From Raillietiella orientalis (taxonomy: Eukaryota), in the NCBI GenBank assembly GCA_036172245.1, contig JAYWIR010000080.1, positions 186,001 through 250,000 on the forward strand: a DNA stretch of 64,000 bases, written 5' to 3'. The translations under genes were made by a program, and so were the position numbers. Positions 13,992-26,500 of this stretch are shown here, piece after piece. The first letter of the stretch is position 1. The number at the start of each line of letters is the position of its first letter. The notes under the pieces are model-generated. The model was given only the letters and a program-made list of their open reading frames with translations, was not told the DNA's origin and did no database searches.

Positions 13992-14742
13992 TGGTCCGTC
14001 AACTCGGACCATGGATGCCTCTTACCAGCTACCAGAGTTGCGTCTTCTTCGCGCCTCAAGAAACACGTTCTGACTCAGGTGCAAGCGCGGGGAGAACATC
14101 CGAGAGATCCCGTCTCCACTTGGTATCTCGCCCGACTGAGCGGTTCGCCATTTCCACGTCTGGTCCGTTTCCATGGAACAACCTCATTTGAGTTCCTCAT
14201 TCAGGAAGCTGGGTAAAGATTTCCTGATAAGGAAATCATCCCGTGCAAAATTTCCGTAAGACGACTTCCGAGGGAACAACAAGTCCCATCCTGTATCCCA
14301 CGAAGCGCTGCAGCCGCATATAATCTCCGAGTCACGTGGGCTTTGCTTGCGTCACCCGGAAACTATTTTCAGATCTACGAGATTCGAATCTTGAGATCCG
14401 AAAATGGAAACTCGAGGCGACGTGTTTGCAGGCCATCCACCATGATCGCCTCGTTCCGACCGGAGGTGTGGTGGCGCGCGCGCGGATGCAGAATACGGGA
14501 AAGGTCCAGGAGACCGGATCGCCTTACCCTGCTTCCCTCCGTAGTTTCGAGCAAAACATTTTCCACGCAGCATCTTTTATTGTAGGCGTTTCCAGGTACC
14601 CCTCCTTGAGCTCCTTCTCGTCTTTTGGGAACAGGGGATCACCTGAAGGGCCACTGGAGTGCCGACGAGAGACCTCTCAAAAGCCCAGGTCAAATCAGGT
14701 TTCCAAAGAGCCGCATGGTATCCAGATCCGCGCTAGGGACAA

Positions 14743-14969
14743 GGAAGAGACGCAGTTTCAGCCTTGCCAAAGGGCAGCTGCAGCTCCCTCGACCACCCGC
14801 TTTAACAGTGGCTCTTTGCTCCAACTACGGCTGTGATCGGAGTGGCTGACTCCGTAGGACTTTGCATGGAGCTGAAAGACTGCTCTTCTCCTCTTGCTTC
14901 ATCACGAACACTGTGATGACAGACTTTATTCTGCATTTGCTGCAGCGCTCGGCGTCCATGCCGGGAGAT
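14743..14969 (+). repeat. Direct repeat copy 2 (~227 bp)
   Basis: Aligns with 13764-13991 with scattered substitutions and small indels. Confidence 0.95.
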
Positions 14970-15598
14970 GCGACGGGGACTGCTGGCCAGTGATTCAAGG
15001 AAAACGAGGTGACTCCCCTGTTCTAAGCGATGGGACAGGGAGAGGCAAGACGCGCGTATCCTGGATACTTTTGAAGCCCCGATCCCGCAGATCGTATCGC
15101 GATCGATTCCGACTCAAAAGCTACACAACCGTTCCGTGAAAACATGGCGAATGGAAACACATCGGCCACTAGGCAGGGGACTCTTTTGTTTTTTGCCAGA
15201 TCAGAAAAATACCCTGACTACCCCTGGTGGGTAGTTCAGCTCCTGCTCGTCTGCCAGCTGAAAGTTAGGTATTCTCGTCACCGAAGAAAAGCGTTGGCCG
15301 TCCACGTAGGGAGAAATAAATAAATAAATAAGAGGAGGCTAAAAGCATTCTCTTGTTGAAGGACATCTCGCACGCAGAATCCTTGGGTAAGTGTGCCACC
15401 ACCAGGCCAGAGGGAACAAGGGGTATGATACTGCTCGTCGCATCACTCTGTCGTAGCAACCGTGCACACGCGACAAGGTGATGTCGAAGTGGATGGACAA
15501 GTCTCCCCACGGGAACTGCGAACGATTCATCGTGCGAACAACCAGGAAACAAAGCAGATTTTCCTCTGGACGCGTCTCCGATGATCCGGGTGCCTTAC

Positions 15599-15685
15599 AC
15601 GCGGTTCCCCCTGCTGGAGCGAGGGCGTGGCGAGGGAGTGCGACGGGCGCTTTCCCGGTTGGGGCGCGCCCAGCGCCGCTCGCTC
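15599..15685 (-). CDS. Tentative internal exon of the same gene (RASGAGRAPTGKAPVALPRHALAPAGGTA)
   Basis: Pyrimidine-rich acceptor ...gcatgcag| and donor |GTAAGG; 87 nt, open in phase 1 to 1. No homology support. Confidence 0.4.
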
Positions 15686-15799
15686 CTGCATGCGCAGGGG
15701 CGAGCAGGAGGGTGTGAGGTCGGGGGAGGGAAGTGAAGGGCGTAAGGTCGGGGGAGGTCAGAAGAGGAGGCCGCGGATGGTGCCAGAGCTAAGTAAGCT

Positions 15800-16900
15800 G
15801 CGCAGAGTCCAGGAATGGTTCCTCAAAAGCATCCCGAATCGCAGCCTTGCGGGTGGCTGCGGGGACGAATCGCCGCCACTGCGAGGGGACATCGGTTCGA
15901 CCCGGGCGTCATCGCCTCTTCTCTCATGAGGAAGTTTTCCACTGGCGACGGCGCTCCCAGCCGCTCTTTCCCGATCATCGGGCTTGCCCGGAAAACTTTC
16001 AACTGCTGGGGGAACATGCCGCCCCGCTATGGACTGTCTGAAGAAAGCATTCTCTTCCTCCTTCTCCTCTTCCTCCCCCTTCCCCCCCCCCTTGGAAGTC
16101 TTTCTGGGAAGCTCCAGTGCCACCGTGGCCGGGTTGTGGGTGGACCGGAGAGCATCCTGTCTCATCGGCAACTGCTCGCTTCCTGCGTCCTGAAGCTGCG
16201 TTGCAGAGGTCTCCTGATGGATGTCGTTTCTTCTCTCCCCTTCCTTGTTCTCCTTCCCCCTGATGCTTCCTCTTTGTGCAGCACGCGAGATCCCCGCAGT
16301 GGTCGGCGAAACGGACTGCCTGCCTTCTCCCCTTAGTTGGGATGAGCGAGACTCCCGTAAGGGACGAAGAGGGACGATGTGGAGTTGTCTCTGCCAGTGA
16401 CCCTATGGGTGATGGTCTTCTCAGCACGATCCCAACCGAGGTCGTGTGGCTTGGTCAGAAAGAACGCGCGGCTAGCTTTCCCGGAGGAGCAGATGCGCGG
16501 GCTGTCACCGCGGCCTCGGGCACGATCCGCGTCCAGCAAGCAGACGAAACGGGAAGTAAGGAAGGGTCGGAAACCGCGGGTTCCGGGCAATTCGAGGACG
16601 CGTCCGCGTCTTCGGGAAACCGAGAGAGGCTGCATGGAGACTTTCAGGAGGTCCCCCTCCCCCCACCTATCCCAGAAAGGGGAAGCCTGCCCCGAGAGCA
16701 CGCGGGGACCCTCCTCCGAGGTTCACAACGAGACCTCCTGTCGCGCCCCGGAGTTCTCGCAGAACCGATGCAACCCCGCAAGAAGCGGAGAGGGGTTATT
16801 CCGTCCGGTTCACGCCCGGCCACGTCTGGACGCGATCTTTGGGTTTCCTCCTTGGATACAGAGGGAAGATGGCAACGGAGAAGACATCAGCAAGTCCGAT
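15800..16900 (+). mobile_element. Decayed LINE RT fragment (intronic)
   Basis: Weak ordered remnants RFDPGV (cf. AFDxV), YGLSE (cf. NG.LS), AIFGF..W. Confidence 0.3.
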
Positions 16901-17220
16901 CGTTGGTGCCTCGGGCGATGGCCACCCTGTCCTCCGACACCTTGACGCCGGAAATGCACGCCCGAGCCCTGAGTTCGCCTCCTCCCTATCCATCCAACGG
17001 CTCGGCCTCTCGCTGTTGTCCTGCCAACGGATCCTCGCAAGTGGGAAACCGGGTGTAACAGAAGAAGACGCGCCTGTCCTCCGCACGAAGGTCGTTGATG
17101 GGTACGAAGGTTGGCATGTTCCCCTTCTCCCTCCTCCCATGCGAACCGGCCAGGGAAAAGGGGTGCCGCGCATCCGCATCCCTCTTGCTCCCCAAAAGCG
17201 TGCGCTCGGGAGACACTTAC

Positions 17221-17330
17221 TATTGGTCACTCGTGACACTGAAGACCCTGGGAGGCTGATGCCGCTGCTGGAGCTCCTGACGATCTTCCTGCTCACTTCC
17301 ATGCTCTCCAGAGACGGCGTCGTACATCCC
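17221..17330 (-). CDS. Internal exon of the CAP-Gly/MTUS-like gene (R-GCTTPSLESMEVSRKIVRSSSSGISLPGSSVSRVTN)
   Basis: Acceptor tgtctcttgaccag|, consensus donor |GTAAGT. It is 110 nt, phase 2 to 1, compatible with the phase-2 end of the 22831-24770 exon, and Ser-rich like that exon. Confidence 0.6.
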
Positions 17331-17939
17331 CTGGTCAAGAGACAAGCGTCAGAAATCTAAAAGTCTTTCCTGCATCCTCGCTGTGGACCAGCTCGCAACG
17401 GCGAGCCCCTTCGGCCCGTTTCACCCGTTCAAAGAGATAAGGAGGAAGAGAGGAGAGAATCGGGATCAAGCGAGGCACTCCCCCACTCCTCTAACCTCCA
17501 GAGAACACATGGATGACTCGCATGGGAGGGGGGAGGGAAACCGTGGGCAGCGCGTCGTGTCGCTGCCATGGAGACTCACGCAAGCGTGGAGCCTAGCGAC
17601 TTGGCTCCGTCCTCCCCCTCTCCTCCGTCCCCTCTACGCCCCGCCTTTTGAAAGAGGCTCCGGTGAGGACGGTCGTGGACAGCAGGACTCTACAGCCTCC
17701 CGATCCAATGACCGCTGCAGAGTGACGTCCGGTGAACGCATACGCGCCGGGACGCATGCCGCTCCCGCTGCGACGGCACAGAAGGCCTACGCGTCCAGAG
17801 CAGGAGCAGCGAGACTGCTCCGAGGTCGAGCGCGTTCAAGGAACCGATCCCACGGAATGAGGGAGGCGGTTTCCCTTCGGAGCATCCTCCGCGAATCCGA
17901 GCCTCAGCATTCCGATCAGAGTCCCGCATTCCCTCTGGA

Positions 17940-18360
17940 CATCCCGATTCGCGGAGACCAAAGCCTCTGCTCAGGGTTCATTCTCCCGCACCAGCCCCAC
18001 CGCAGCCATGGGGAACGTAATCCAGGATGGAGACCGTTCCAGAGAAAAAAGCGTTAGAAGTCAGTCTCCTTCCCTGCTGCTGACGGATTGCCCTCTGCTA
18101 AAAAGACACACCCCCTGGTGAGCCCTGCTGGTCTGCTTGAATCTTCTAGCAGAAGGCGTCCAGTGTCTTCGGTCGCAGGGTCGCGAAAGGATGGCGTCGT
18201 CGTCCAGGCTCATGAGACTGGAAGTGCTCCGAAAAACAGGTTTCCGCAATAAGGCTTCCGGACAAGCGGAAGGCAACGGAGAACTCCGCTTTTCTCGAGA
18301 AGGAGGATGTCCTCTCGTGAAGAGCCCGTTTGTGAAACACGACCCGAACGTCAAGATGGA
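17940..18360 (+). mobile_element. Decayed LINE RT fragment (intronic)
   Basis: IRGDQ..., EVLRKTGF, and REGGCPL...FVKHDP (cf. RQGCPLS.LLF...EP). Confidence 0.45.
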
Positions 18361-19719
18361 AGAGCGAACACGAGAGAACGCATGGACGGGGCGTCCCGAT
18401 TAACGGAGGATGCGGAAGGTGCAACCATCGATGGCAGGTGCATCTTTGCGCACTGCCTCAGTGACTGCAACACCATCCCTTGCGGGCGCCATAGGAGCTT
18501 CTCTGGCATCATGAGTTCTTTGGTCCACGTGTGGCATCAACGGTGTGCACGAAGGTTCCGGAGCGCCTTCCCCCTTCCCCTCCTTCCAGCTCGCCTTCCT
18601 GTTTCGTGCTTCTTTCGACGCATTTTATACGCCGTGCAACAATAACATGGAGGATCCATTTCAGGATGCAGTCGTGAGTGAGGATGGATGCACAGCAGCA
18701 GCAGCAGGAATGCACTCGTTCGAGGCGTTCACCGGGTTGGTCCGTGACCAGACCCGGGTGTCGGGACGTCACCCAGTTGCCCGTATCCCCTCTCGGAACG
18801 CCCGCCGCCGCCGCCTACAGGGCGTTATGCCCGGCCGGAGCGGAGGCCGGGACGATCTGTGAATCTTCGCGTCCCGTCGCACAGCATCGCACCCTTCGCC
18901 CTAACATCCATTTCCCTAGTGACTGTGGACCTGGAACGCTTCCTCGTTTATCCGTAAAAATCGATCCGCCGCCGAAGACACGCGGACTCTGGAAGGGCTG
19001 GGGAAAAACAGTGCTGCTGCCAGCCCGCTGCTGCACACGGGAGACGATCGGCATTCTTTCCAGGAAGGGAGAGCATCCCCACGCCTTTCCCTGCATGACG
19101 CGAGACACTCCCTCGTCTGCAAATGGGTAAACGACTCCCTCTGTCCTCCCTCCTCGAGGGTAGGGATGAAAAGGGGAAAGTCATGAGCGCGCATCGGGCT
19201 CTCCTCGCCCATCCAGGAAGCGTGGACGCGACATTCCCCACACTTCCTCGTCTCCCTCCCTCCCCTTCCTGCCATTCCCTTCTACAGTCCTCTTCTCCTC
19301 TATCTAAGGGTCCGAGAGCAGGCCTCTCCTCCCCATGAGAGGGACGTTTTCCTGGAGGAAGGAAGCGGAAGTCGTTTTTGCAGTCGGCTCAGGGGAACCC
19401 GTGCCCCTCCCTTGGGGTACCCGTATGAGGCCGTGACGACTGTTTGAGGTACAAGGGAGCAACGAGAAAGAAACGGGAGGCCCTCTCCTTCAGTGAGCCG
19501 AGGAGGCTGCGGAAGCTTGTGGGCTTCTTCGCCCTTCGCGGCATCCCACGGAGTCTTCGGCCCTCTTTCGCCTTCCTGTTAGCGGCGTTATAGGGTCAGT
19601 CCCCGAAAGAACCCACCACGAGAAGCACAGCCTGTTTCCCAGAGCTCCCTGAAGATGCGCGGATGAGAAGGTGGAGAGGAGCCTGGAGGTGAGAATTGCA
19701 CTTCAGACGGTGGTTGAAC

Positions 19720-20450
19720 ATGACCAAGAATGTGGACGACGACGCTACTACGGATAGGGTAAAAAAGGGCGTGAGAGAAAGGGATGTGTGTCTTCGTCCC
19801 ACCTTAGGCAACTGAAAGAGCGCGAAAGATCGGCGTGCTGAGACGCGAGTGAATGCTGGGACTGAGGTGCTCCGGAAGGCGAGGAAATCAGTGCACTTCC
19901 TCGCCTTCCAAGTCCCACAGGAGCGCACGCCCAGTGCTCCCGATGAGCAGAGCAGAATGGCCTACACAAGAGTCCGAGACAAGGAGCAGTCCCACAAGAG
20001 TCCAAACCCTTTGCAGCAGAGACAAGAACCGGAAAGCACTCTGCTTCCACAACAGCTCTCCAGAGGTCCACTCCAGCAGCGTGCCACAAGATCCCCGCAA
20101 CAGGACCCCCCGACGACTTGCAGCGGGATTCGCCGTAAACACGAAAAGCGACTCGAGGATCCACCGCTTCCTGAATGCCTCCTACGTGAGTGCACGAAAG
20201 AACGGAACACGAGGCATCACATGAAAGATTCGAGTCCCTGGTCCGGCGCGCGGAGCATTCCTGCACGCGAACGGTCCCAGGAAGCACCGTGCGCGCAGAG
20301 CTTGGAAACCTCCCTGCCGCCTGCGTAGAGGACGAGTCAGAGCCAAAGAGGCACGTCCCACGCTCTACGGCCGGACACTCTCCAGGCCCACCCTGGCTCC
20401 GAAAGACGAACAGCTGCTATCGTCCACGCATCTCGGGCTTTTCCCCGTGA
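19720..20450 (-). mobile_element. Decayed L1/Tx1-like 3' region (intronic)
   Basis: SCG...LQRVW...ALLWDL pattern resembles the L1/Tx1 C-terminus; pyrimidine-rich tail follows. Confidence 0.3.
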
Positions 20451-22830
20451 CACGAATAAAATCTCCTGCGACCAGGTCATAATGAATCGGATGGCACTTT
20501 CCAAATTATCCGAACGGTGATGGCGATCGAATCAGACCCGACGCGGAAGTGGAACACCAGCGCGTGGGGCAACGCGGCGAAACGTGCAGGAACGCATCGC
20601 GGCGTCTTTCGTGGTTGCGCTGTGCTGCCAGACGGGTGCAGCAGACCCGGTGTGGAGAAGAAAAAAAAATGTTTACAAAGAGATCCGTGCGGTTTGCGGT
20701 ACAATTCCCAGTCAAATCTTTTTTTTTTTTTTTTTTGCCATCATCCGACTTTGCAAACGCTGGAAGCAACTGCAGTTCCCGAGCACCGTGTCGCGTCCCT
20801 CTCTCTCAACCCAGTTGTAAGGTCACGGCTGCAGCGCGAAACAAATGGGCGACGACTTCCTACTTTCTGACGCGCGGCATGCAGAATTTTAGCACTGAAC
20901 AAACCAATCTCACCAGGAACAAGAGAAAAAAGACGGTTGTGAATCACAGAAAATTGTAGAGAGTGGTAATTTATCAGCATGCTTGCTTCGCAGCGTGTGA
21001 AAGCTGCTTCTGTAGGGCGAAAGGTAGGTGGTGAAAGCTAAGAGGGAAAGATGGATCGAACCCAATGGCTTCGCACAACAAACGGGAATAAGTTACCCAC
21101 TCAAATTTAGCAGGCAGGGGAAAGGAGCGCTCACGAAGGGACTCCACACCCTGATTTTGCTACTTGCGAGCAGTGCAGGGATCCTCGATCGAAACGTCCC
21201 AAGTTTCCTCACCGACGGAGGGAGGAACAAGCTGAGTACAAGGAACGGAACGCGAAATTTTTCCCGGAAGGTTTCGCTGCTTTAGCAACGCAAGACACGG
21301 TACGGAAAGGAAAGGGCCGCAATGTCTTCGGGTACGAGACACAAGAAGTTCCAGAAGAGTTGTCCCTCCGCTGGCATGGGGAAACATTCACCTCACGGAA
21401 ATCTTCATCGGAGAAACGTCATCCATGACACAAGAACACACGCAAATGAGGGAAGGATTTCAAGGGTCAAATTTCGCTTCCCTTTCCACGAACCGAGACG
21501 AGCGACGACCACACTGTATCCAAACAAAGACGCATCACATGATGCGGAGGTCACCCCGGCAGGAGAGATTCACCTACTGTAACAGGCACGGGGGATTCCG
21601 CTACCACTGTGAAGAAATCGCGCGAGGTCCGCACTAGGAATATAAAAAGGGAGGCACCAGATCTTCGTGTTAAAAGATCGGAAAAAAGTGAGCGGAGGAG
21701 GAGGAGGGCGGGAAAAGCAGTCAGGAGAACCGTCGAATGAAAAAAACGATGTGATCGCAGAACGCGCGAGGGCGCTGGCCACGGAACTTTCATTTCGACA
21801 ACAGGAGACGCGGACCCGCGCGTGAGGCGTTGGTGCGTGAAACTTTTAAGGAAGAAAGAAGCACGCGCACAGCAAGCCCCATCTCTCCGGCGGGGACCTA
21901 CAATCAAGCACTCCGTCCCATGGCAAGCCAGAGGGGAAACACACACAGGTCGCGACCTGGACCGATCCTTCGGGACAGGAGCTCTCATCGCGTGCGTCGG
22001 TGCACGGCGTGCGCAGCATGGAGCGCCACATCCTCAAATCACCATTAATGCAACCAAATCTGAAGGGTCGCGCGTCCCCATCTTTTCATTCGTAGCTGTA
22101 CGGGCGAGAGCACCGTGCTGCTGTGACACATCGTCATCATCATGGGGATCCCTGTTCAAGCCGGGAAGTTCCGGAAAAAAACCTTCGCGGTCCGCCGAAA
22201 TTCCCACCGGCGCCGGCTGTCCGCTGTTCCCTCACGAATGGCGAGTCTCGCCAATCGGCTGCTGCCGACGAAAACACCCAACGGGGGAGGAGTTCTGCGA
22301 CGAAACGCCTCCCTGACGAAACGCCCAAAACGAGACGAGCTTCCGACAGCAAAAGGCGACTGGTCGCACGCAGGGGTCGCCGCTTGCTTGCTCCCCCTCG
22401 CCCCTTCCGCTTGAAACCGCGCTTGCGCGCACGTCCCACCTGTTCTCAGTCCGAGTTCGAAGGACTGCCTTCTCTCTCTCTCTCTCTCCGGTGGCGAAGA
22501 CGTCTCCTGCTTGAATTTGCAAAGAGCAGCAGCTCTTTTGGGAGCACGTCGCCCTTTGGCGTCCCCCCCACCCACCCCCCAAGGGAACGATCCCTTTTTC
22601 CGAGAGGAACCTTCACGTCCCCCAGGCTCCATGCCCTCTATCCAAGGAAAACGTGGGCGAAAGTCCCCCGCTGGGACACCCGACCGAATCTCCATCCACC
22701 ACGAGAGGGGAGGCCACAACGCCATTGCTCGCCCGAGTCGAGCATGGCGTCCATGTAGACGCTAATCGGGAGGATAAAAAAAAAGGAAGAGGGAAAAAGA
22801 GAACGAACCGAAGAAATCGGAGAGGGTTAC

Positions 22831-24770
22831 CTTTTGCTGGACGTGGAAAGCTTCTTGCCGCCGGGCTGCAGGGCGCTCGACTCGCTGGCGCCTCCTCTTC
22901 CGGTGCTCGTCAGGCTGCCGCGCGCCGGTATCACATTGGAAAAGACCTTGCTCTTCACGTCCTTCCGGATCCTGGTGCGCTCGTCCATCTTGTTTTGCTC
23001 GATCCTGTTCATGACGTCGTCCCATCGGCCCTTCTTGATGATCCGCGGCCTCCTGGAACTCCCTTCGTTTTCTCCCATCTTAGCCAGCATCTCCTTCAGC
23101 TTGGACCCCACGTTCTTCCGGGGCATCTCGAAACGCTGCAGCTTCGTCTTCGGCTTGTCCTTTCCGGAGGAGACCTTAGAGACGACCTCAGAAGTGGCGG
23201 CGGCATCCAAGGGTTTCTCCTCGTCGTCGTCGTTGGAGGTGGCGGCGTCCCCTTCCGCAGCAATGGGAGCTTCCGAAGGGTGGTGGCCTTCCCGTTCCGG
23301 GAACCCTTCAAGTCCGCTGCTGCTCCTCCTCATCATCATCCTCGTCTCGAAACCTGTGTCCGGAAGAGGTTCTTCGGCAGGCAGATCGGCGGGAGCCGCC
23401 TCTGGAGCCGATTCCGGCCCCAGGTCTTCTTCTTTGGGGCCTTCGGCAGGGGCCGTCAGCCGGGGCTCGAGGTCGGAGAATACGCCGCTGCTGTCGACGG
23501 CGGAAGAGGCGCGCGACTCGCCGACGAGGCTGAGTAGGTCGGCGCGCCGGGAGCCCGACATGACCACCGTGCCACGCAGGCTGAGGTCGGGACTGCTGCA
23601 CCCCCCGGGTTGCTCCGATAGCACGATGTTGACGTAGTACAGCCTGCCGTCGATGACCCTGGCCAGGCGGGAAGACAGGTCGCCGGGACAGACGTCGTCG
23701 ACCTTGCGAGTCGGCGGAAGGGTCTTCCCTGCTTCGTCCTCTTCCTCTCCCTCCGCTTCTCCCCTGCGCCCGGCAGCTGCCTCCTCGCTAAGGATGGGGC
23801 TGACATCGGCGAGTGTGCCGGCGCTCGCGTTCCGCGCCCGCAAGGCCATGCGCGATGCCGGGCTCGAAGCGACAGACCGGGAGCTCGCCCGATGGGGCAC
23901 GGGCGACACAAGCAGGTCTTCGACTCGCAGCTGTCCCCGGAACGAGTCGAACCACTCGGAAGACTCCTCCTGGAAGGGCGGCAGGGACGATGCGGGATTG
24001 TAGGAAATCTCTTCCTCCTCCTCCTCCTCGTCGTCCTCTTCCTCCTCCTCCTCATCCCGCGGGGAAGTGCTCTCCGCTGCCAAGGGGTGACGCCTGCGTT
24101 CCTCGAAAACGAAAGTCTCCTGGAGCGCCCTCGGCGCGCTCCAACAGCAGCGTCTCGGATGTTCCTCCTCCTCCGACGGGGACGACGGTGGCGAATCCGG
24201 CGTGTCAGTGAGAGTTCCGGGTATGGCAGCAGGGGGTCGAGGGGTCGAGGATCGGCCGCCTACCAGGACCACACAGCAAGGGGGGGGTCTGGGAGCGCGC
24301 GAGGACGTCCAGTTGTCCCTCGGGGAGGGAGGTCTCTCCCGACTGCAACTTTTGGAGACCAGGTGGGGGGGGGCGAAGATTCCGTGCCCAGGCTTGGCGT
24401 GGAAGTAGCGGACGCCCTTGCAGGAGCCGTCGTGCTTGCCCTCGGCAGAGTCCAGCTCGATGCCGCACCACATCCCGGGGGCGAAGTGCGTCAATCCGTA
24501 GAACTTCAGTATGCCCGCAGGACCTCCATGGACCTGCACCCGGCTGCCCAGAAGGTCCTCCCAAGGGGAGGACCCGCCCACAGGTAGGCGTCGCTCACCG
24601 GCGTCCTCTTCCGCTCGGAGTAGCCACTTGGGCGCCGCTGCCTCCCGCGGGCGCGACCTCTTGGCACAGCTGGGCGGCATCGCCTCGATGCTGTAGGGCG
24701 ACGTCGGGAAGTCCCTCGTCGGAGCCGACGCGTCGCGAAGTGGTTGGACGGCGGCTGACGGGACAGGCAG
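22831..24770 (-). CDS. Large coding exon of a CAP-Gly domain protein (probable Toucan/MTUS-family microtubule-associated protein); first in-frame ATG at 24680
   Basis: ORF 22827..24680 contains a complete CAP-Gly domain (LGSRVQV..G.LKFYGLTHFAPGMWCGIELDSAEGKHDGSCKGVRYF...PGHGIFAP), then S/P/E-rich low-complexity sequence and a basic block (PRKNVGSKLKEML...KKGRWDDVMNRIE...KDVKSKVFS). A long polypyrimidine tract ending ttccag gives an acceptor at 24771/24770. The donor AAAAG|GTAACC at 22831/22830 means the ORF's stop codon is intronic. Confidence 0.85.
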
Positions 24771-25989
24771 CTGGAACGGAAGGGAAGGGGGAGGGGGAAA
24801 GGGGGGAGAGAGAAGGGAGGGAAGGAGGAGGGATAAGGGCCTTTTCAGATGATGCCAATGATGAGGACGAGAGGCGGAGAATGGACGGCACGAGAAAGGT
24901 TGATCCTTTCGACGCTCGGCTGCCTTCCGACCGGAGGACCGGTTGGTCGGTGGGCAGGCGCAAAAAGTGGGGGCTCCCAGAGGGACATCTACCGCTTTTC
25001 AAGCAAGGACAGCGGCGCCTCCGACGATCCAGGAGACGTGGCGCGGGACCACCGAGCGGGCGAGGCTGGCGCCTCCTGGAGGAAAAATTGCCGACGGAGG
25101 ACGATCTGCGCGCCAGACGGTTGGTTCGCCAGCGAAGACGCTGAGCGCGCGCTCCTTGTCCACCGACAGAACAGCCGAGCGGGCTGTTTGTAGATCTTCG
25201 AGGGAAACACTTCGAGAAGGATCCGCTAAGCATGCCGCGGGCGCAGTTGCTGTTGCTTTTTAATGCAGTGACAGGCCAATGGCAGGAGGTGCAAAAATTT
25301 CTCAAAGGAAGAAAATGAGGCTCATGAATTGCTGTAAAATACCACTCGCTGGATTTTGCGGTGTTTGATGGAGAGGGGGAGAAGAAGATGAACAGAAAGT
25401 GGCTGAAGAAGAGAATGCCTAACGACTGATTCTGTTAGCGCTTTTTGGAGTGAATTCATGCACTCGTCGAAGGATCGAAACTTCAGCCTGACCTCCTGGA
25501 CGGTGGGTCATATGGAAGATAACACATGAACTTACACGAAAGAGTTGCTTAACTTTAGGAAATGTGTTCTGTTGATAAGGAGTCGGAAAAGGGAAGAAGA
25601 ACGAATTCACGATGAGCATGAATTAAGGCCCCAGCCATTAGCATCACTTACAGAATAATGAACCCTTTTTTTTGGGGGGGGGGGGGATACGAACAGAATT
25701 ACGAGTTGCTCAAATGAGATACTTGGCAATCAGAAACAAGCGGATAAAAGGAAGCAGAAAATGCATTGCTCGATTCCTCTAAATCTTTCGCTGCACCTTG
25801 AAGACGGTTCTTCCGTACTGGAAATACTAATCTACTTGTCTTACTCTCCTACTGATAGCCAATTCCGAAAATAGGATCTTTCCAGGAAGAACAGAGTTTT
25901 TCCAGTTTCTCCAGCACTGTCGCCGGCTCCAAGGATCAGTTTAGGAGTTCGAGAACCTGATCGGAGACGAACCTGCAGCTCTAAAGAGC

Positions 25990-26500
25990 CCTTGATTTTT
26001 CAAAAACCTCGAAAATTAGGGGAAAAAAGGAACCGCTTCCAAAGGGATTTTGACCGCAATGAAAAGTAACTGGAAGAGCCAACTCGCAATCGTAAAAACT
26101 GATGCTTTGTCAAACGATTGGAATTCGAAAATGGCAGCAGCATTGATGATGCTATTCGCCAATGGACTAATATCATAGGTAGAGCAATGACAGCCAGCAA
26201 TGTGTAGCAACGTTCAGCACTGGCTCCAGATGAAGCATCAAAAGTACGATCGAGAGAACAGAAAAGTATTTCTTACACTCTTTTCATGCATCCCCAGTAT
26301 TGTAAAAACGGGTGCAGGGGCATTAAGGAATCACCATATATGATCATTTCTAATAGGGGAAGATTGTAAAGATGGCAACAGAAAAAAAGTTTTTTGCTCT
26401 TGCACGCTCGCATTTTAAGGTTAACTCGAAAGACTGAACAGAGTCCAGAATGATCCACAGGGAAATGAAAATGGATGAGCTGAACAGCTTGAAAGATAAA
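25990..26500 (+). mobile_element. Decayed LINE endonuclease-RT linker fragment (I/Jockey-like)
   Basis: SIDDAIRQWTNIIGRAMTAS followed by W...IRE.RK-like and EM...EL remnants in shifted frames. Confidence 0.3.

Noticed and set aside
21213..21370. Alternative phase 2>1 exon candidate for the CAP-Gly gene
   Set aside because: The peptide looks unlike the rest of the protein, and 17330-17221 has better splice signals for the same phase.
22653..24587. Long plus-strand ORFs (294, 267, 231 aa) overlapping the CAP-Gly exon
   Set aside because: Antisense shadows of a GC-rich coding exon, with no recognisable domains.
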